Assembly (NCBI GenBank): GCA_001628485.1
Contig: LURR01000006.1
Location: forward strand, 26,879-90,878
DNA from: Marine group II euryarchaeote REDSEA-S11_B3N4
GTDB lineage: Archaea; Thermoplasmatota; Poseidoniia; Poseidoniales; Thalassarchaeaceae
DNA length: 64,000 nt
Reading direction: 5' to 3'
Each line of letters opens with the position of its first letter. The first letter of the stretch is position 1. The notes under the pieces were generated by a model that did no database searches, was not told the origin of the DNA, and saw only the letters and a list, made by a program, of their open reading frames with translations. The translations under genes and the position numbers were made by a program. Positions 28,082-40,200 of this stretch are shown one piece after another.

Positions 28082-28516
28082 TCAGGAATTCATCTCAAGA
28101 GACCACACCAATTCAGCACCAGAGCGCGTGATCATTATTCCGACACTACAGTGCTTTTCGTGGCTACTTTCAATCAGCCTCCTCACCAATTCCTCCGGTA
28201 CATCGCCTTTCACAATGTACCTCATTCTTACGGAGGTGAATACCTTAGGTGACTCATCTGCTCTATCTGCTTCGATTTCAACCTTGATGAATTCGAGGTT
28301 TTCCTTCCTATGTTTCAGGCCGTCGATAACGTCAATCAGAGAACAGGCAGCATGACCGTGAAGTACCATTTCCATTGGACTGGGTGATTCTGAATCGTAA
28401 ATACCGAATGTTTTCCCCCCGCCGGTAGTTCCGGTATAGCCAGTAGTTTCGGTCCACACTACTTCTCCATTCATGCACCTTCGAAACAATGCACCCCCTT
28501 GAAGGGTTGGCTTCAT
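28082..28516 (-). CDS. OsmC/Ohr-family peroxiredoxin-like protein
   Basis: 144 aa, with the two conserved Cys contexts '[11 protein letters not shown]' and '[11 protein letters not shown]'. Confidence 0.75.
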   Translation of the reverse strand: MKPTLQGGALFRRCMNGEVVWTETTGYTGTTGGGKTFGIYDSESPSPMEMVLHGHAACSLIDVIDGLKHRKENLEFIKVEIEADRADESPKVFTSVRMRYIVKGDVPEELVRRLIESSHEKHCSVGIMITRSGAELVWSLEMNS

Positions 28517-28549
28517 CTATCACTTTCTAGTCCGAGTAGATTGGTAGAC

Positions 28550-29779
28550 ATGTCAGAGGGAGAACAAATATCAATTTCTAATGGGGAATTAGAAGTCCCC
28601 AACAACCCCGTGATTCATTTTATTGAAGGGGATGGAATCGGCGTAGATATTACCCCGGTGATGATCGATGTCGTTGATACTTCAGTTGAATTGGCATATT
28701 CTGGAGACAGGAAGATACACTGGAGAGAAGTACTAGCCGGACAGAAAGCATTCGATTCCACTGGGGAATGGCTTCCCGAGGAAACCAAGAAGTCAATGAG
28801 AGAGAACCTTATCTCTATCAAAGGCCCATTAACCACTCCAGTTGGAGGTGGGATTAGGAGTTTAAACGTGGCACTTAGACAGCAATTGGATCTATTCGCA
28901 TGTGTTAGACCAGTAAGGTGGTTTGACGGAACCCCCAGTCCGGTTAAGGACCCAGGCTCGGTTGACATGGTTATATTCAGGGAAAATAGCGAAGATGTCT
29001 ACGCTGGGATAGAGTGGGAGGCAGGCAGTCCAGAGGTTAAAAAGGTCATAGATTTCCTTCAGAACGACATGGGTGTTGACAAAATTCGATTTCCAGATAC
29101 ATCTGGTTTGGGAATCAAGCCCATTAGTCAACAAGGAACTTCTAGGATAGTCAGAGCCGCGATTAAGTATGCAATAGAAAACGACAGGGGCAGCGTCACA
29201 CTGGTGCACAAAGGCAACATCATGAAGTTCACCGAGGGAGGTTTCAGAGATTGGGGATATGATATCGCGAAGACGGAGTTTGGTGCATCCGAGATCGATG
29301 GAGGGCCATGGTGCTCATTTCCAAATCCGAATACAGGTACTGAGATAATTGTAAAGGACGTTATTGCGGATGCGATGCTTCAACAGATTTTGACTAGGCC
29401 TAGAGAATATGAGGTACTGGCTACTATGAATCTGAATGGTGACTACATCTCAGATGCACTAGCTGCACAGGTGGGAGGAATCGGCATTGCTCCCGGTGCG
29501 AACATCAACTATGACACGGGTGTAGCAATTTTCGAGGCCACTCACGGCACGGCTCCTAAGTATGCGGGACAGAACAAGGTTAACCCTGGAAGCCTGATTC
29601 TGTCTGCAGAGATGATGCTCAGACACATCGGTTGGACAGAATCAGCAGATTTGATTGTAAAGGGCATGGAGGGCGCGATCTCCTCTAAGAAAGTGACATA
29701 TGATTTTGAGAGACTAATGGAAGACGCTACCCTCCTTTCCTGTTCAGATTTCGGTCGAGCAATCGTGTCTAACATGTAG
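28550..29779 (+). CDS. icd: Isocitrate dehydrogenase (NADP-type, homodimeric prokaryotic Icd)
   Basis: '[36 protein letters not shown]', '[26 protein letters not shown]' and '[19 protein letters not shown]'. The ATG at 28550 avoids overlap with the divergent OsmC gene. Confidence 0.9.
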   Translation: MSEGEQISISNGELEVPNNPVIHFIEGDGIGVDITPVMIDVVDTSVELAYSGDRKIHWREVLAGQKAFDSTGEWLPEETKKSMRENLISIKGPLTTPVGGGIRSLNVALRQQLDLFACVRPVRWFDGTPSPVKDPGSVDMVIFRENSEDVYAGIEWEAGSPEVKKVIDFLQNDMGVDKIRFPDTSGLGIKPISQQGTSRIVRAAIKYAIENDRGSVTLVHKGNIMKFTEGGFRDWGYDIAKTEFGASEIDGGPWCSFPNPNTGTEIIVKDVIADAMLQQILTRPREYEVLATMNLNGDYISDALAAQVGGIGIAPGANINYDTGVAIFEATHGTAPKYAGQNKVNPGSLILSAEMMLRHIGWTESADLIVKGMEGAISSKKVTYDFERLMEDATLLSCSDFGRAIVSNM

Positions 29780-29789
29780 GTCTTAAAAA

Positions 29790-30440
29790 ATGGATGAAGC
29801 AAGAGAGAGGATGCTTGAGATTTATTCTACTTCAGAGAATTCTAATGACCCGCTATCCTGGTTCGAGGAGCTCTACTGCAGCTCTCAAAGAGACAGAAGA
29901 ATGATTCCTTGGGATTGGATGGAACCTCACCCTTTCTTAGTAGAGTGGATAGAAGAAAATAAGCACACTGGGCGCGCTCTCGTTGTTGGCTCTGGTCTGG
30001 GGGAGGACGCAGCATTCCTGTACGAGAAAGGATGGAAAGTTACAGCATTCGACGTATCCGAGTCAGCAGTGGAATGGGCAAGTCAATTGCACAAGGGGAA
30101 AGAGATTGATTGGTTGGTTGGAGACCTTGTTCAACCAGAAGAGAGGTGGAAGGGGGCCTTCGATCTGGTCCTTGAGGTACATATTCTACAAGCAATCCCC
30201 GAGGAAATCAGAAAGAGCGCCTACAGGAACCTATCTCCTCTTCTAGATAGGCACGGCCTACTGATGTGCATAGGCAGGTTGGCAAACGGCCTAGAAGAGG
30301 AGAATGATGCTCCGCCCTGGCCGCTTTCTAGAGACTTCATACACCAAATCGGAGAGGGCCTATCGGAAGTAGAGTTCCATACTGCCGTGGTTCCAGACAA
30401 GGAGGAAATCAGATACAGAGCAGTCTGGAAAAGGGACTGA
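29790..30440 (+). CDS. Class I SAM-dependent methyltransferase (TPMT-like)
   Basis: Motif I 'ALVVGSGLGEDAAFL' followed by the acidic 'VTAFDVSESAV'. 216 aa. Confidence 0.6.
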   Translation: MDEARERMLEIYSTSENSNDPLSWFEELYCSSQRDRRMIPWDWMEPHPFLVEWIEENKHTGRALVVGSGLGEDAAFLYEKGWKVTAFDVSESAVEWASQLHKGKEIDWLVGDLVQPEERWKGAFDLVLEVHILQAIPEEIRKSAYRNLSPLLDRHGLLMCIGRLANGLEEENDAPPWPLSRDFIHQIGEGLSEVEFHTAVVPDKEEIRYRAVWKRD

Positions 30441-31469
30441 CTATCGCTTGGACCACATCTTTAGCCATTCTGATATATTCCTCTCAATGTCGTCTTCTGA
30501 TACTTCTCTGTCTACGACATCCCCATCTTCAATAGGCTTAATTCTACATCCACATGCATTGGCATGCCCCCCGCCATCGGAATCGAAAAGGGTTGCTAGG
30601 GCAGTCAAGTCGTAGATTCCACCCCTCCGATGTAGGAATGAGTTGGTATAGAAAGAAGCGGAGACCGGGTATCTTCCAGAGTCTCCGAAATCAGCACCCA
30701 ATTCACCGTGAATGATTATACACGCATCGCATTCTTCTCCAGCCATTGCAGTGACATGGTAGCCATTAGAGCGGATTCCCAAACCGTCCATTCGAACTAT
30801 TGCTATTCGGTCCTCTATGCGCATGCTAGAGAGTATAACCTCGTTCAGATTCACCAACTCCTCCTCCTTCTCAGCAACTAACTTGGAAATTTTTGAATCT
30901 GCCAGAATCTCTTCGGTTGTCGCCCCAGTTCTCAATTTCTCAAGAATCCAGGCCGCTGTATCCTCTCCCGAATCAACTATCCTGCTTAGCCAGATAGCAG
31001 GGGCGTGAGAAAGAAACTCTTCATGAGATACCGAACCACTGTCAAGCTTGTCAACCCAATCTAGTAAATCCTCAAGGTCAGAAAGATCGATAACCTCGCG
31101 GAACAATTCATAGGCGATTCGAGCTGCTGATGGGCTATCTTTCCATACTACCATTGCCTTGCTCTCATCGCCCCCTGGTCTGTTTGATTGATGATGATCA
31201 ATGCTCAGTCCACAGTTGGGGTGCATTGGTAAATCACAAACAGCAGTCCACTCATCAATCAAATCATCGAAAAGACCAGCTCGCAGTTCTCCTGGATGAC
31301 CGAAGACCACTTCAGCATCCGTCCACCAACGCCTCAGTATCGCTGCAGTCACCACTCCATCCAGATCACTATCGGTGACGATACGCCTGATATCCAAGTC
31401 TGATGGATGCATCGTCATAATCTCTGGGCGCGCCATCTCGTCAATGGTGATTTCTGTGATAAAACACAA
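30441..31469 (-). CDS. DHH/DHHA1-family phosphoesterase (NrnA-like nanoRNase/pAp phosphatase)
   Basis: Motif I 'VTDSDLDGV', DHH motif 'LSIDHHQSN' and DHHA1 'GGGHANACG'. The start is uncertain, with several in-frame Met in the first 20 codons. Confidence 0.75.
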   Translation of the reverse strand: MCFITEITIDEMARPEIMTMHPSDLDIRRIVTDSDLDGVVTAAILRRWWTDAEVVFGHPGELRAGLFDDLIDEWTAVCDLPMHPNCGLSIDHHQSNRPGGDESKAMVVWKDSPSAARIAYELFREVIDLSDLEDLLDWVDKLDSGSVSHEEFLSHAPAIWLSRIVDSGEDTAAWILEKLRTGATTEEILADSKISKLVAEKEEELVNLNEVILSSMRIEDRIAIVRMDGLGIRSNGYHVTAMAGEECDACIIIHGELGADFGDSGRYPVSASFYTNSFLHRRGGIYDLTALATLFDSDGGGHANACGCRIKPIEDGDVVDREVSEDDIERNISEWLKMWSKR

Positions 31470-31495
31470 TCACGGAAGGTTTTCATCTCGAATAG

Positions 31496-31945
31496 ATGCA
31501 TGGCCAAGATATGCAGGGCAAACCAGGACCCCTCGAGACCTCATGCGGCTTCATACTACTGAATTTCGATAGCATTCTTCTTCTCCAGTACCCACAGGGA
31601 CACTGGAGCTTCCCTAAGGGGCACGTGGAGAAGGGCGACGCTGACCACCACTCTACCGCCTTAAGAGAACTTACAGAGGAGACAGGAATATCCGATATCA
31701 CCATCGATGGTGAATGGACCCAGAAGACTGAGTATACCTTTTTTAGAAAGGGAAGGGAGACCCCAAAAGAGGTCTTCTGGTATTTGGCAGAGACAGATGA
31801 GTTGGAGGTAAGCCTCTCGCATGAGCACAACAACTACCTCTGGTTGCAGTTTGACGAGGCAGAGGAACAGATCACATTCGAGCAAGAGAAGGAGCTACTC
31901 CGCTCTGCCCGGCATCACCTAAGGTCCAGTGGACGAAGTCTATGA
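31496..31945 (+). CDS. NUDIX hydrolase (Ap4A-hydrolase-like)
   Basis: Nudix box 'GHWSFPKGHVEKGDADHHSTALRELTEETGI' (G-x5-E-x7-REUxEExGU). Confidence 0.85.
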   Translation: MHGQDMQGKPGPLETSCGFILLNFDSILLLQYPQGHWSFPKGHVEKGDADHHSTALRELTEETGISDITIDGEWTQKTEYTFFRKGRETPKEVFWYLAETDELEVSLSHEHNNYLWLQFDEAEEQITFEQEKELLRSARHHLRSSGRSL

Positions 31946-32557
31946 CTCTGCATCTCTCTTACCTAGCGGAGTCCAAAGGACCTCTTCCTCGCCGGTGTTT
32001 TTTGCAATCCACCTTCCCATTACAAACAACCAGTCTGAGATTCTGTTAAGATAGCAAATAATTTCGTCCCTAACTGAACCATCGCCCTCGACGCTTCTCA
32101 AATGACAAGCCTCCCTCTCTGCCCTTCTGGCAACGGTTCTTGCTACATGTAGGAATGCAACCGGCGCAGATCCCATGGGCAAGATGAAAGATTTTAGAGG
32201 CTGTAATTCCTTAATCCAATTATCCATTTCTTCAATCAGCCTGTCACACTCATTCATCCCTACCAGCACCATTTGCTCTGGCAACTTCCCGGGACTACAG
32301 GCGCATTCCCCCCCTATGTCGAATAACTCCTGCTGAACTCTGTACAACGCTTCATCAGCCTCCCCTGGGCGATGGAATCTTGTCACTCCGGGCATCCTTT
32401 CAAACTCCATCCGGACTACGCCAATTTGCGAATTTAACTCGTCAATAGTGCCATAAAGTCCAACCCTGGGACTCTCTTTTCCGACCTTCTTTCCATCAAG
32501 TAGGGATGTCTCTCCACCATCCCCCGTTCCAGTATGGACTCTAGTTATCCTGACCAT
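31940..32557 (-). CDS. ATP:cob(I)alamin adenosyltransferase, PduO type
   Basis: N-terminal 'ITRVHTGTGDGGETSL' (T-G-D-x-G-x-T motif), 'IDELNSQIG' and 'AFLHVARTVARRAER', which are typical of PduO/MMAB. Confidence 0.8.
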   Translation of the reverse strand: MVRITRVHTGTGDGGETSLLDGKKVGKESPRVGLYGTIDELNSQIGVVRMEFERMPGVTRFHRPGEADEALYRVQQELFDIGGECACSPGKLPEQMVLVGMNECDRLIEEMDNWIKELQPLKSFILPMGSAPVAFLHVARTVARRAEREACHLRSVEGDGSVRDEIICYLNRISDWLFVMGRWIAKNTGEEEVLWTPLGKRDAES

Positions 32558-32591
32558 GTTGTTCCCAGGAGGTTCATGTTTTCAACCGTAC

Positions 32592-33302
32592 TCAGATTGG
32601 CTCTGAGTCTGACAGGCCTCTCTCAATTGCCTCAATCCAAGAACTATCAACGGATTCCCAGCCGCCCAATTTTTCTAGTTCCACTAGGCATTCCTTTTCC
32701 TTCTCATGGTTGTTACTATGCCTATGAATAAGAACCAGAGCTGCGTAACTCATCGAGTTTATCCATTGATCTTCCATATCCCAAGATCTCTCAAAGTGCG
32801 CTACAGCACCGTTGGGACCCTGAATCAAGCCCCTATGTATCTGTCTAAGCCCCGATTTAGACCACGCTATTCCCGGGACCCCGATTACCAGTCCTCTGAA
32901 TGCGAGATACAACTCCAGTGTTACCATTGTGCTGGCAAGAAGAAAAGAACCAATCTGCTCTGCTTGATCTGCAACCTCCCATCTAGAGGAAAGAAGACTA
33001 ATACCTCCAATGCAAAACAGGACTCCCGCAAGAGGAGCGACAATCACATCGGTCTTCGTCAGACTCATATCTCTAATGCCAAAAACAATGAACACCCCAC
33101 CCAGAAATACCGAAATCGAAGCTGGGAGATCTTCTCCGGATCCCTCTGGACTTGTGCTAGCAATCCACAGTATCAGAGCCCCTGTAAATAGGAACACAGA
33201 GAATCTAGACCCCTTTTCAGGGAAGGGCTGAAGCCTACTGAGATAGTAGCAATAGGACCCTAAAACCAGTAGAAGAGCTATCCAAAGAAACATCTCAATC
33301 AT
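32592..33302 (-). CDS. Hypothetical polytopic membrane protein with a soluble C-terminal domain
   Basis: About 6 hydrophobic helices in the first 150 aa. No recognisable motif. It overlaps the upstream ORF by 8 nt, suggesting an operon. Confidence 0.45.
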   Translation of the reverse strand: MIEMFLWIALLLVLGSYCYYLSRLQPFPEKGSRFSVFLFTGALILWIASTSPEGSGEDLPASISVFLGGVFIVFGIRDMSLTKTDVIVAPLAGVLFCIGGISLLSSRWEVADQAEQIGSFLLASTMVTLELYLAFRGLVIGVPGIAWSKSGLRQIHRGLIQGPNGAVAHFERSWDMEDQWINSMSYAALVLIHRHSNNHEKEKECLVELEKLGGWESVDSSWIEAIERGLSDSEPI

Positions 33303-33624
33303 CTACCTTGCTGCCCCATCCTGCTTTCCAGAAGTCCTCATTGTCAAGTAAATCTGACCATTCTGAGTCCCCTGCCTCTAAGAGCATCATAGCTCTCCTT
33401 TCGAGTCCCTCTAGAAGTGCTCCATCCACCTCTTTCTCAGAAAATGCCTTGTGCCATTCTACTCTTAGAGACTCGACTTCTAATTGACCGGTCTCTCTGT
33501 TATCGAAACTCTTCTCGCAGATCTCCCTAAGATCTTGAATCCACATCTTTGAAGTCCTCACATGGGGCTCGCTGTGAAGAATCCTCTTTTTTCGGAAGGG
33601 CCACCATCCCATGATAACGGCCAT
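33295..33624 (-). CDS. Hypothetical protein (109 aa)
   Basis: An ORF translationally coupled to 32592..33302. No motif recognised. Confidence 0.35.
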   Translation of the reverse strand: MAVIMGWWPFRKKRILHSEPHVRTSKMWIQDLREICEKSFDNRETGQLEVESLRVEWHKAFSEKEVDGALLEGLERRAMMLLEAGDSEWSDLLDNEDFWKAGWGSKVDD

Positions 33625-33688
33625 ACGTCGAAGCCAGACGTCTTGATGCTTTGTGAACCCCTAAGTGCCATAGCCTGCACGAGAGAAT

Positions 33689-34123
33689 GTGGGACGTGTT
33701 GTCGTGTACCTAGATAGCAATCCGAAGGATAGCGACATTGCATCCATTATCAGTAGATATGAGGAGAGAGTCAAATCAAGAGGCGTATCTATCGAGATAT
33801 TCGGGTCCAAACGCGGAACCAAGAACTACGAATCTGAGCTTTCCAGATTGCCGGGAAGACTAGTCCTTCTAGATGAGGCGGGACCTTCAATATCAAGTCA
33901 GGGATTCGCCGAATGGCTAAATTCCGCTCATCTAGATAGCAATCCAACCAATCTAGCGGTGGGGCCCCCAGATGGATTCAGCGATGAACTCAAGCAATCC
34001 GCCGACCAACTGATCTCTCTGTCAGACCTAACTCTTACCCATGAGATGGCTGCTGCCCTCCTGATGGAGCAACTTTACAGAGCGTCCGAAATCATCCGCG
34101 GTTCGGCTTATCACAGGAATTGA
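33689..34123 (+). CDS. rlmH: rRNA large-subunit pseudouridine-N3 methyltransferase RlmH-like (SPOUT, DUF163)
   Basis: 'LVLLDEAGPSISSQGFAEWL', 'AVGPPDGFSDEL' and 'ISLSDLTLTHEMAAALLMEQLYRASEIIRGSAYHR' match the RlmH C-terminal knot region. Confidence 0.75.
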   Translation: MGRVVVYLDSNPKDSDIASIISRYEERVKSRGVSIEIFGSKRGTKNYESELSRLPGRLVLLDEAGPSISSQGFAEWLNSAHLDSNPTNLAVGPPDGFSDELKQSADQLISLSDLTLTHEMAAALLMEQLYRASEIIRGSAYHRN

Positions 34124-34238
34124 AAATCCCAGATGATACATCGGGGCTGCTGTGATACCCAAACCACCGTACCGTGCCATCCATTGATAAGCATACAGAA
34201 TCGGGCCGTCACTTGCCCGAGGGTAAGCAGTGATTTTC

Positions 34239-37200
34239 ATGAACGTCCAACTAAAGAGAAAGACACAGAAGAAAATAATTCCAGCATTTTCAATGATAGC
34301 GATAATGCTACTAAGTCCTCAGATATCGCTGCTACTGAATACTGACGATTCTCCAGAGCAAGACAGCCGCGTCGAACCGCCCAAAAGAACGGCATACCAA
34401 CAATTGGAGCAATTTGGGGGATCAGTCCAAGATGGGAATCAAAATCCTCCATCCATGATGAGCCAATTCCAGACCGCGGCATATCAAGACCCATTCTACA
34501 ACGACCCCGCCGCGCTCTATGGAAAGGTATCCGATCCATCCGCCCTGGCGCTCGACCCGATGTACGGATTCTTTCTCGAAGAAACGAACACAGACGATCA
34601 CGATAACGATGGTATTGACGATCTGAATGATCTAGATGATGATAATGATGGAATCAACGATCTTATCGAGCGATTCGATGGTTGCTTCGGAACAGATCCC
34701 CTTGACCACGATAATGATGGGGTTAGGGACGAGTTCGACTGGGATGACGACAATGACGGGATACTGGAGGGCCCAATCGACTACTCGCAAGGGAACGATC
34801 CATGGAATGTAACTTCAGATAGGCACGTAGAGCCCACGACCATCCACCCTTGGACAGGGCAGGCAGTTGGCTTCAACTACTTAGTAGACCAGAACCCAAT
34901 GGATCACGATAATGATGGAATCACCGATGAGGACATAGATGGATCCGGGCGCGGATCATACGATGAGGATGACGATAATGACGGCAGAATCGATCAGTTC
35001 GTGTGGCCCTGCGATTTCGATTCGGACGGAATGCAGGATTACTTCGACGATGACGATGACAACGATGGTGTAGCAGACATCTCAGACATACACCCATGGG
35101 ACCCCCTGCAGAATTCGTCTATCGAAACCGCACCTGGAATACTATGGGACTCTTGGGTCAGGTGGGATCCTGAGGATTACGGAGAGTACGTCGACGGACT
35201 GGACTACGTCGCCCTTCACGCCCTGGAGCACCCTAGAGAACAGGCTTTCACGGAGATAGTGGACGGCGACCTCGATGGAGACGGAATTCCAAACTTCCTA
35301 GATCCGGATAACGACAACGACGGTGCACCCGACTCCTCAGACACCGATGACGACAACGATGGTCTGGCGGACATGTACGATGTAGACGACGACAATGACG
35401 GTATACCCGACTCATGCAGGCAGTTGGATACGAATGGAGATGGCCAAGGAGACTACCCTTCACAGGCATTCAACGGCGCTGTAGTGGCCATCCAAGTACC
35501 CGGAACCGACTGTGAGATAGACTATGACGGGGATCTGGATGATGATAGATTCAGAGCCATCGATGCAGATTACGACATGGTCTGGGACTGGATCGATCCC
35601 GATATGGGCGGTACGACAAATCCAGACAACCTGCAGGGAGGGTCCCAACCTTGGGACTTGGATGATGACGGAATCCCCAATGAGGAGGACCCATACCCGA
35701 TGAACTCAACAGCCGAGGTAGCAACATGGGACTGTGCCAGCGTTGCGAACCCGAACCCCCAGGACCCTAGCGACAATTGTGTACTTTGGCGAACGTCCTA
35801 CACCGGATTCAACGACTGGGATGGCGATGGCCTGAACAACTGGGTCGACATGGACGATGACAACGACGGAATCCTGGATTGGCTGGACATAGACCCGGAC
35901 TGCGACCTAGATAACGACGCAGATCTCCATGAGCTAAACGGCTCGATGTTCAGGGACGACGGAGCGAACGACATAGACACCGACGTGGATGGAGACGGCC
36001 TCCAGAACGACGAGGACTGGGATGACGACAACGATGGGATCAATGATTTCTTCGACCCTGATGACGGAAACTGCGGTGTAGTGGACATAGACAACACGGA
36101 CAACTTCTGGGGCAATAGCTGGCCCCAGGGAGACGGCGATGCCATCGATGGATCAGAGGACGGAGACGCATATGTTGCAGTCCCAAACTACTACTGGAAC
36201 CTCACTTGGGGGTTCAACCCCTTCAATACAAACAACAGCTTCATGCTCGACTACAACGGGTACGATCCAAACAACTTCGACAATCCAAGTGGCATCATTC
36301 CTGAGATGTACTGGACTCTAATGATGAAGTGGAGCCCCTACAACGGTGACAACTTCTTCGATATCGACAGCGACGGAGACTCCCTGGTAAACGGAATAGA
36401 CGTGGATCAGGACGGAGATGGGATGCCCGATTGGTGGGATCAAGACGAGGGCAACGACGGAGTTCTAGATGTCGACGACGTCAAGATGGGAGGCACCTTG
36501 GATGGCAACTCATGCGGCACGGTCATCCTATCCGCAACAACCGAGAGATTCTGCGGCCACATCTACGCCTTCCTCTACAAGGCGCCTCTACTTACTCCGA
36601 CCCAATCAGGTGGCCAATCTTTCACTGTTCCATACAGCAGCAGGCCCGACTCTGAATGGGACGATGGTGCATATGATGGGACAAACCACCCCACTGGAAT
36701 GGGTAGTTGTGACAGCAACTGCTTCTGGTTCACATTCGATCCAACTAGCAACCCAACCCCTTCTGTTGCGTACACATACAATGACATCAAGAATAACAGG
36801 GATCTGTGGATAGCTTACCTCGGAGTCACCGTCTTCGGATTCTTCCAGTGGACTTCGGATGCGAATAACAACTTCTTCCCCGATGAGATTGCTGACGATC
36901 TCGACGATGACGTAGATCCAGACGTGGACTGCGGGCAGCCTATGCCGGAGGTATCGTGGACCCCAAGTTGCATGTACAACAATACGAACGACTTGGACGA
37001 CGACTGGGACATAGTCTACGATCACTTCGATGTGGACGATGACAATGACGGAATCTGGGATTATTTCGAGATCGACTCGAATGATGATCTAGATGATGAC
37101 TCAGGGATAGAGGAGCCATACTACTTCACAGGAAGCAATTGCGAGGACAATGACGACGACGGTCTGGATACAGACCCCGACGATGATGGAATATACCAGG

Positions 37201-40200
37201 CAGTATGGGACAGAGGAGTACTAGGTCAGGCCTTGCTATTCCCAGAGTACTACGATGTGGATAACGATAACGACGGAGTTCCGGACGGAGAAGACCCAGA
37301 CGACGATAATAACGGCCTGCTAGACGAGGCTCAGGAGGCATTCGAAGGATGCTTCACAGGGGAGGAACAGAGCCCATGGGACCACGACAACGATGGGATA
37401 GTTAACTGGGCAGATGACGACTGGGACGGCGACGGAATTCCAAATTCCCTAGAGCTCCAGAACCTCAACGATACCAACGGGACAGCAGACCCTATTGACG
37501 ACACCTGCTGCCTCAACTTCCCCATAGCCCCATGGGACCACGACAACGACGGGATAAGGGACGATATAGACGAGGACGATGATTACGACGGCATGAAGGA
37601 CGAGGACGAAGTGATGCTATGGCCTTCGCGATACGGTACCGAATCAACGAATCCATGGGACCACGACGACTTCGGAGGGGGGGTCGGCCTGGCCAACCCC
37701 AACAACAACTCCACAGGCCCGGATTACTTCGATGTAGACGACGACAACGATGGAAGGGCGGACTTGGACTGGAACAGCCCCTCTTCGGGGGATTGGGCCA
37801 CACCATCAAACAAGATTGAGGAATCTTCAGGATGGAGCTCTGACTGGGACTCTGACAACGACGGGATTCTAGACGACGACGATAAGATACCGACTAGGAT
37901 CACTCTGACCGCTCCATCCGTATTGTGGCTAGACGAAAATCGGCCAGCGATATTCAATGGCTCCGTATTTTGGCTGGACGACACAGGTTTCGTACCGGCA
38001 CCAGACCTCCCTGTCCAGGTCCACATTAGGTACTCTGCGAACGGCACATCCGTCATAGAGACAATCGACGTCCTCACTGATGACAACGGGGAGTATATCG
38101 TCGGCCAGTTCTTGTTCCCGGAAGACATCGATGTAGGGCCTAACTCAACCTATGAGGTCTACTCAGAGGTCACCGAGATGTTCGTTCACGATTACAGCTC
38201 GACGCTCTCTGACACTGACGGAGACGGCATCGGAGACTCGGGGATGCCTGTCGAGGTAAGGGCGAACACCACGATTGGATTCGTATCCGGGGAGAGGTTC
38301 AGATCGGACGAGCAACCCCTCAAGCTGGACTTCAAGGTCCACTACTCGGCAGACTACAACAGAGGGATTTTCGACAACAGACTGCCCTATGCGCCAGTTT
38401 CCTTCACGATTAGCGACCCAGGCCCCCAGTTCGGGAACATCACCCATCCGACTGTCTACGATGGATACGGGAACGGATACAGGGCTGACGCAGGAGGCTG
38501 GGTTTCACTGGCTTACAACCAATCCCTGGATGTGTGGGAACAGGTCCAGTGGAACTCACTGCTGGATAATGGCCCGGGCGTCCCGACAGGCGGATATGAG
38601 GAGATAGTGTGGAATCCGTGCGGACCGCTCAATCCAGTGGGTTCCCATTCTGTCATAGCGCCCTATGAGTACAAGAATACCTCGCTCCCTGTTGGGGATT
38701 ATACCTTCATCGGATTCTCACGTCCTGATCTGGGAGGATGCACTGACGACTCCTACGAATGGCCTTGGTCCCACCTCGAGGGTTCGGAGACGGACGCCTT
38801 CTACATCCGTTCCATGCACAGGATGTTCATCGAGGCCGAGATGTCAGCAGCCTCCTTCAGACCAGTCTACTTCTGGGACTCTACCCAGTTCACAGGCTCG
38901 TCCTTCGGTGCATGGAGGGCTCTCTTCCATGCTCCATCCCTTGCAAATGCGAACATGACGTATCAGGAGGCAAGTCTTGGCAAGCCATACCCGCTTCTAT
39001 GGGACGGGACTCCCACCGGGCTCTCTGGAATAGCAGCCGGCGCCCTCGTCCCGTTCCTGTCCTCTGATGGGATAAACTGGACCATAACGATGCAGAATGC
39101 GGCTGACTTCGACTCGCCTCCATGCGGACCGGTCGACCCACTCGATCCCAGCAGCCAGATTCGCTGCGAGATAGTACCGGAGATATTCGCAGGTGAGTCC
39201 GTCAGGGTAAGGGGGCACGTCTGGAACAAGACAATGGTGCCCGTCACTGACTTCGACGGCGATGGAACGAAGGACCCCATAGCCGTACAGATAGACTTGG
39301 ACTACAATGGGATCTTCGCTGGATCCATAGAGACTCGAGTGAACCAGCGACTGGACATCGATACAGAGGGCCTGGCAACATTCGACCACGACATAATCTG
39401 GGACCCATATTGGCCAGCATCGACATACGGCTTCAGAGCCGACTTCGGCCAGGCCGACTACTTCTTCACCGGAGAGCAAGCAGGAGTCCTAGCGGCCACC
39501 GGCGCGTACGGAAATGTATCGGTCATAGGTTCAACTGACTTCCTACTAACATCTCTGACGCGCCTCTACAGGGGCCAGAACGCGACGGTCGAGGCCCGTC
39601 TGATTGACAACGCCGGGCTTCCTGTACGTGAAGCCCCAGTGAACTGGTCATGGGCCGAAGACCAATCGAGCGGCGTGGTTTTCACCGACAACAACGGGAT
39701 ATTCAGGGTCAATCTGACAGACATTGACACCTTGGGGAACTTCTCGCTCAGTTTCACCTACCTCGGAGACAAGTTCAGGCTGGGAAGCACGGACTCAGTA
39801 GACATGTGGGTCGTTTCACGGACGTTCATCAACGTCCAGAGCACGAGTCCAAACATCAGATCCAACGGAGATCTGTGGGAATTCACTGCTGTTGTCACCG
39901 ATGATAATAGAACTCCATTCGATAAGGATGGAGGCCAGGTTCTGAATAGCTGCGAGGGAGAGATGCAGGATCCTGAGGGATACGACCTGGGAGGCAACGT
40001 TACAGTAATCTTCGAGGGAATAGACTTCGAGGACAGGACCCACCGACAGATAGTCTCCGTCGAGTGCCCGGCATCCGGCTCCATCGGCTATGGACAATAC
40101 CTGGACCCACAGCTGCTGAAGGACGACCCATTCTCCTTCCTTCCCGATGGTTTCGGACCTGTGAACGTGATCCTACGGTTCGAGGAGAACCTGCCTCACG

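Noticed and set aside
34590-37890. Dense short nucleotide repeats (gatgacgacaacgatgg-like words) that could be mistaken for a tandem-repeat, satellite or CRISPR-like array.
   Set aside because: They are irregularly spaced and degenerate. They lie entirely in one long open frame, where they encode DxDxDG calcium-binding loops. There are no constant-length spacers and no leader.
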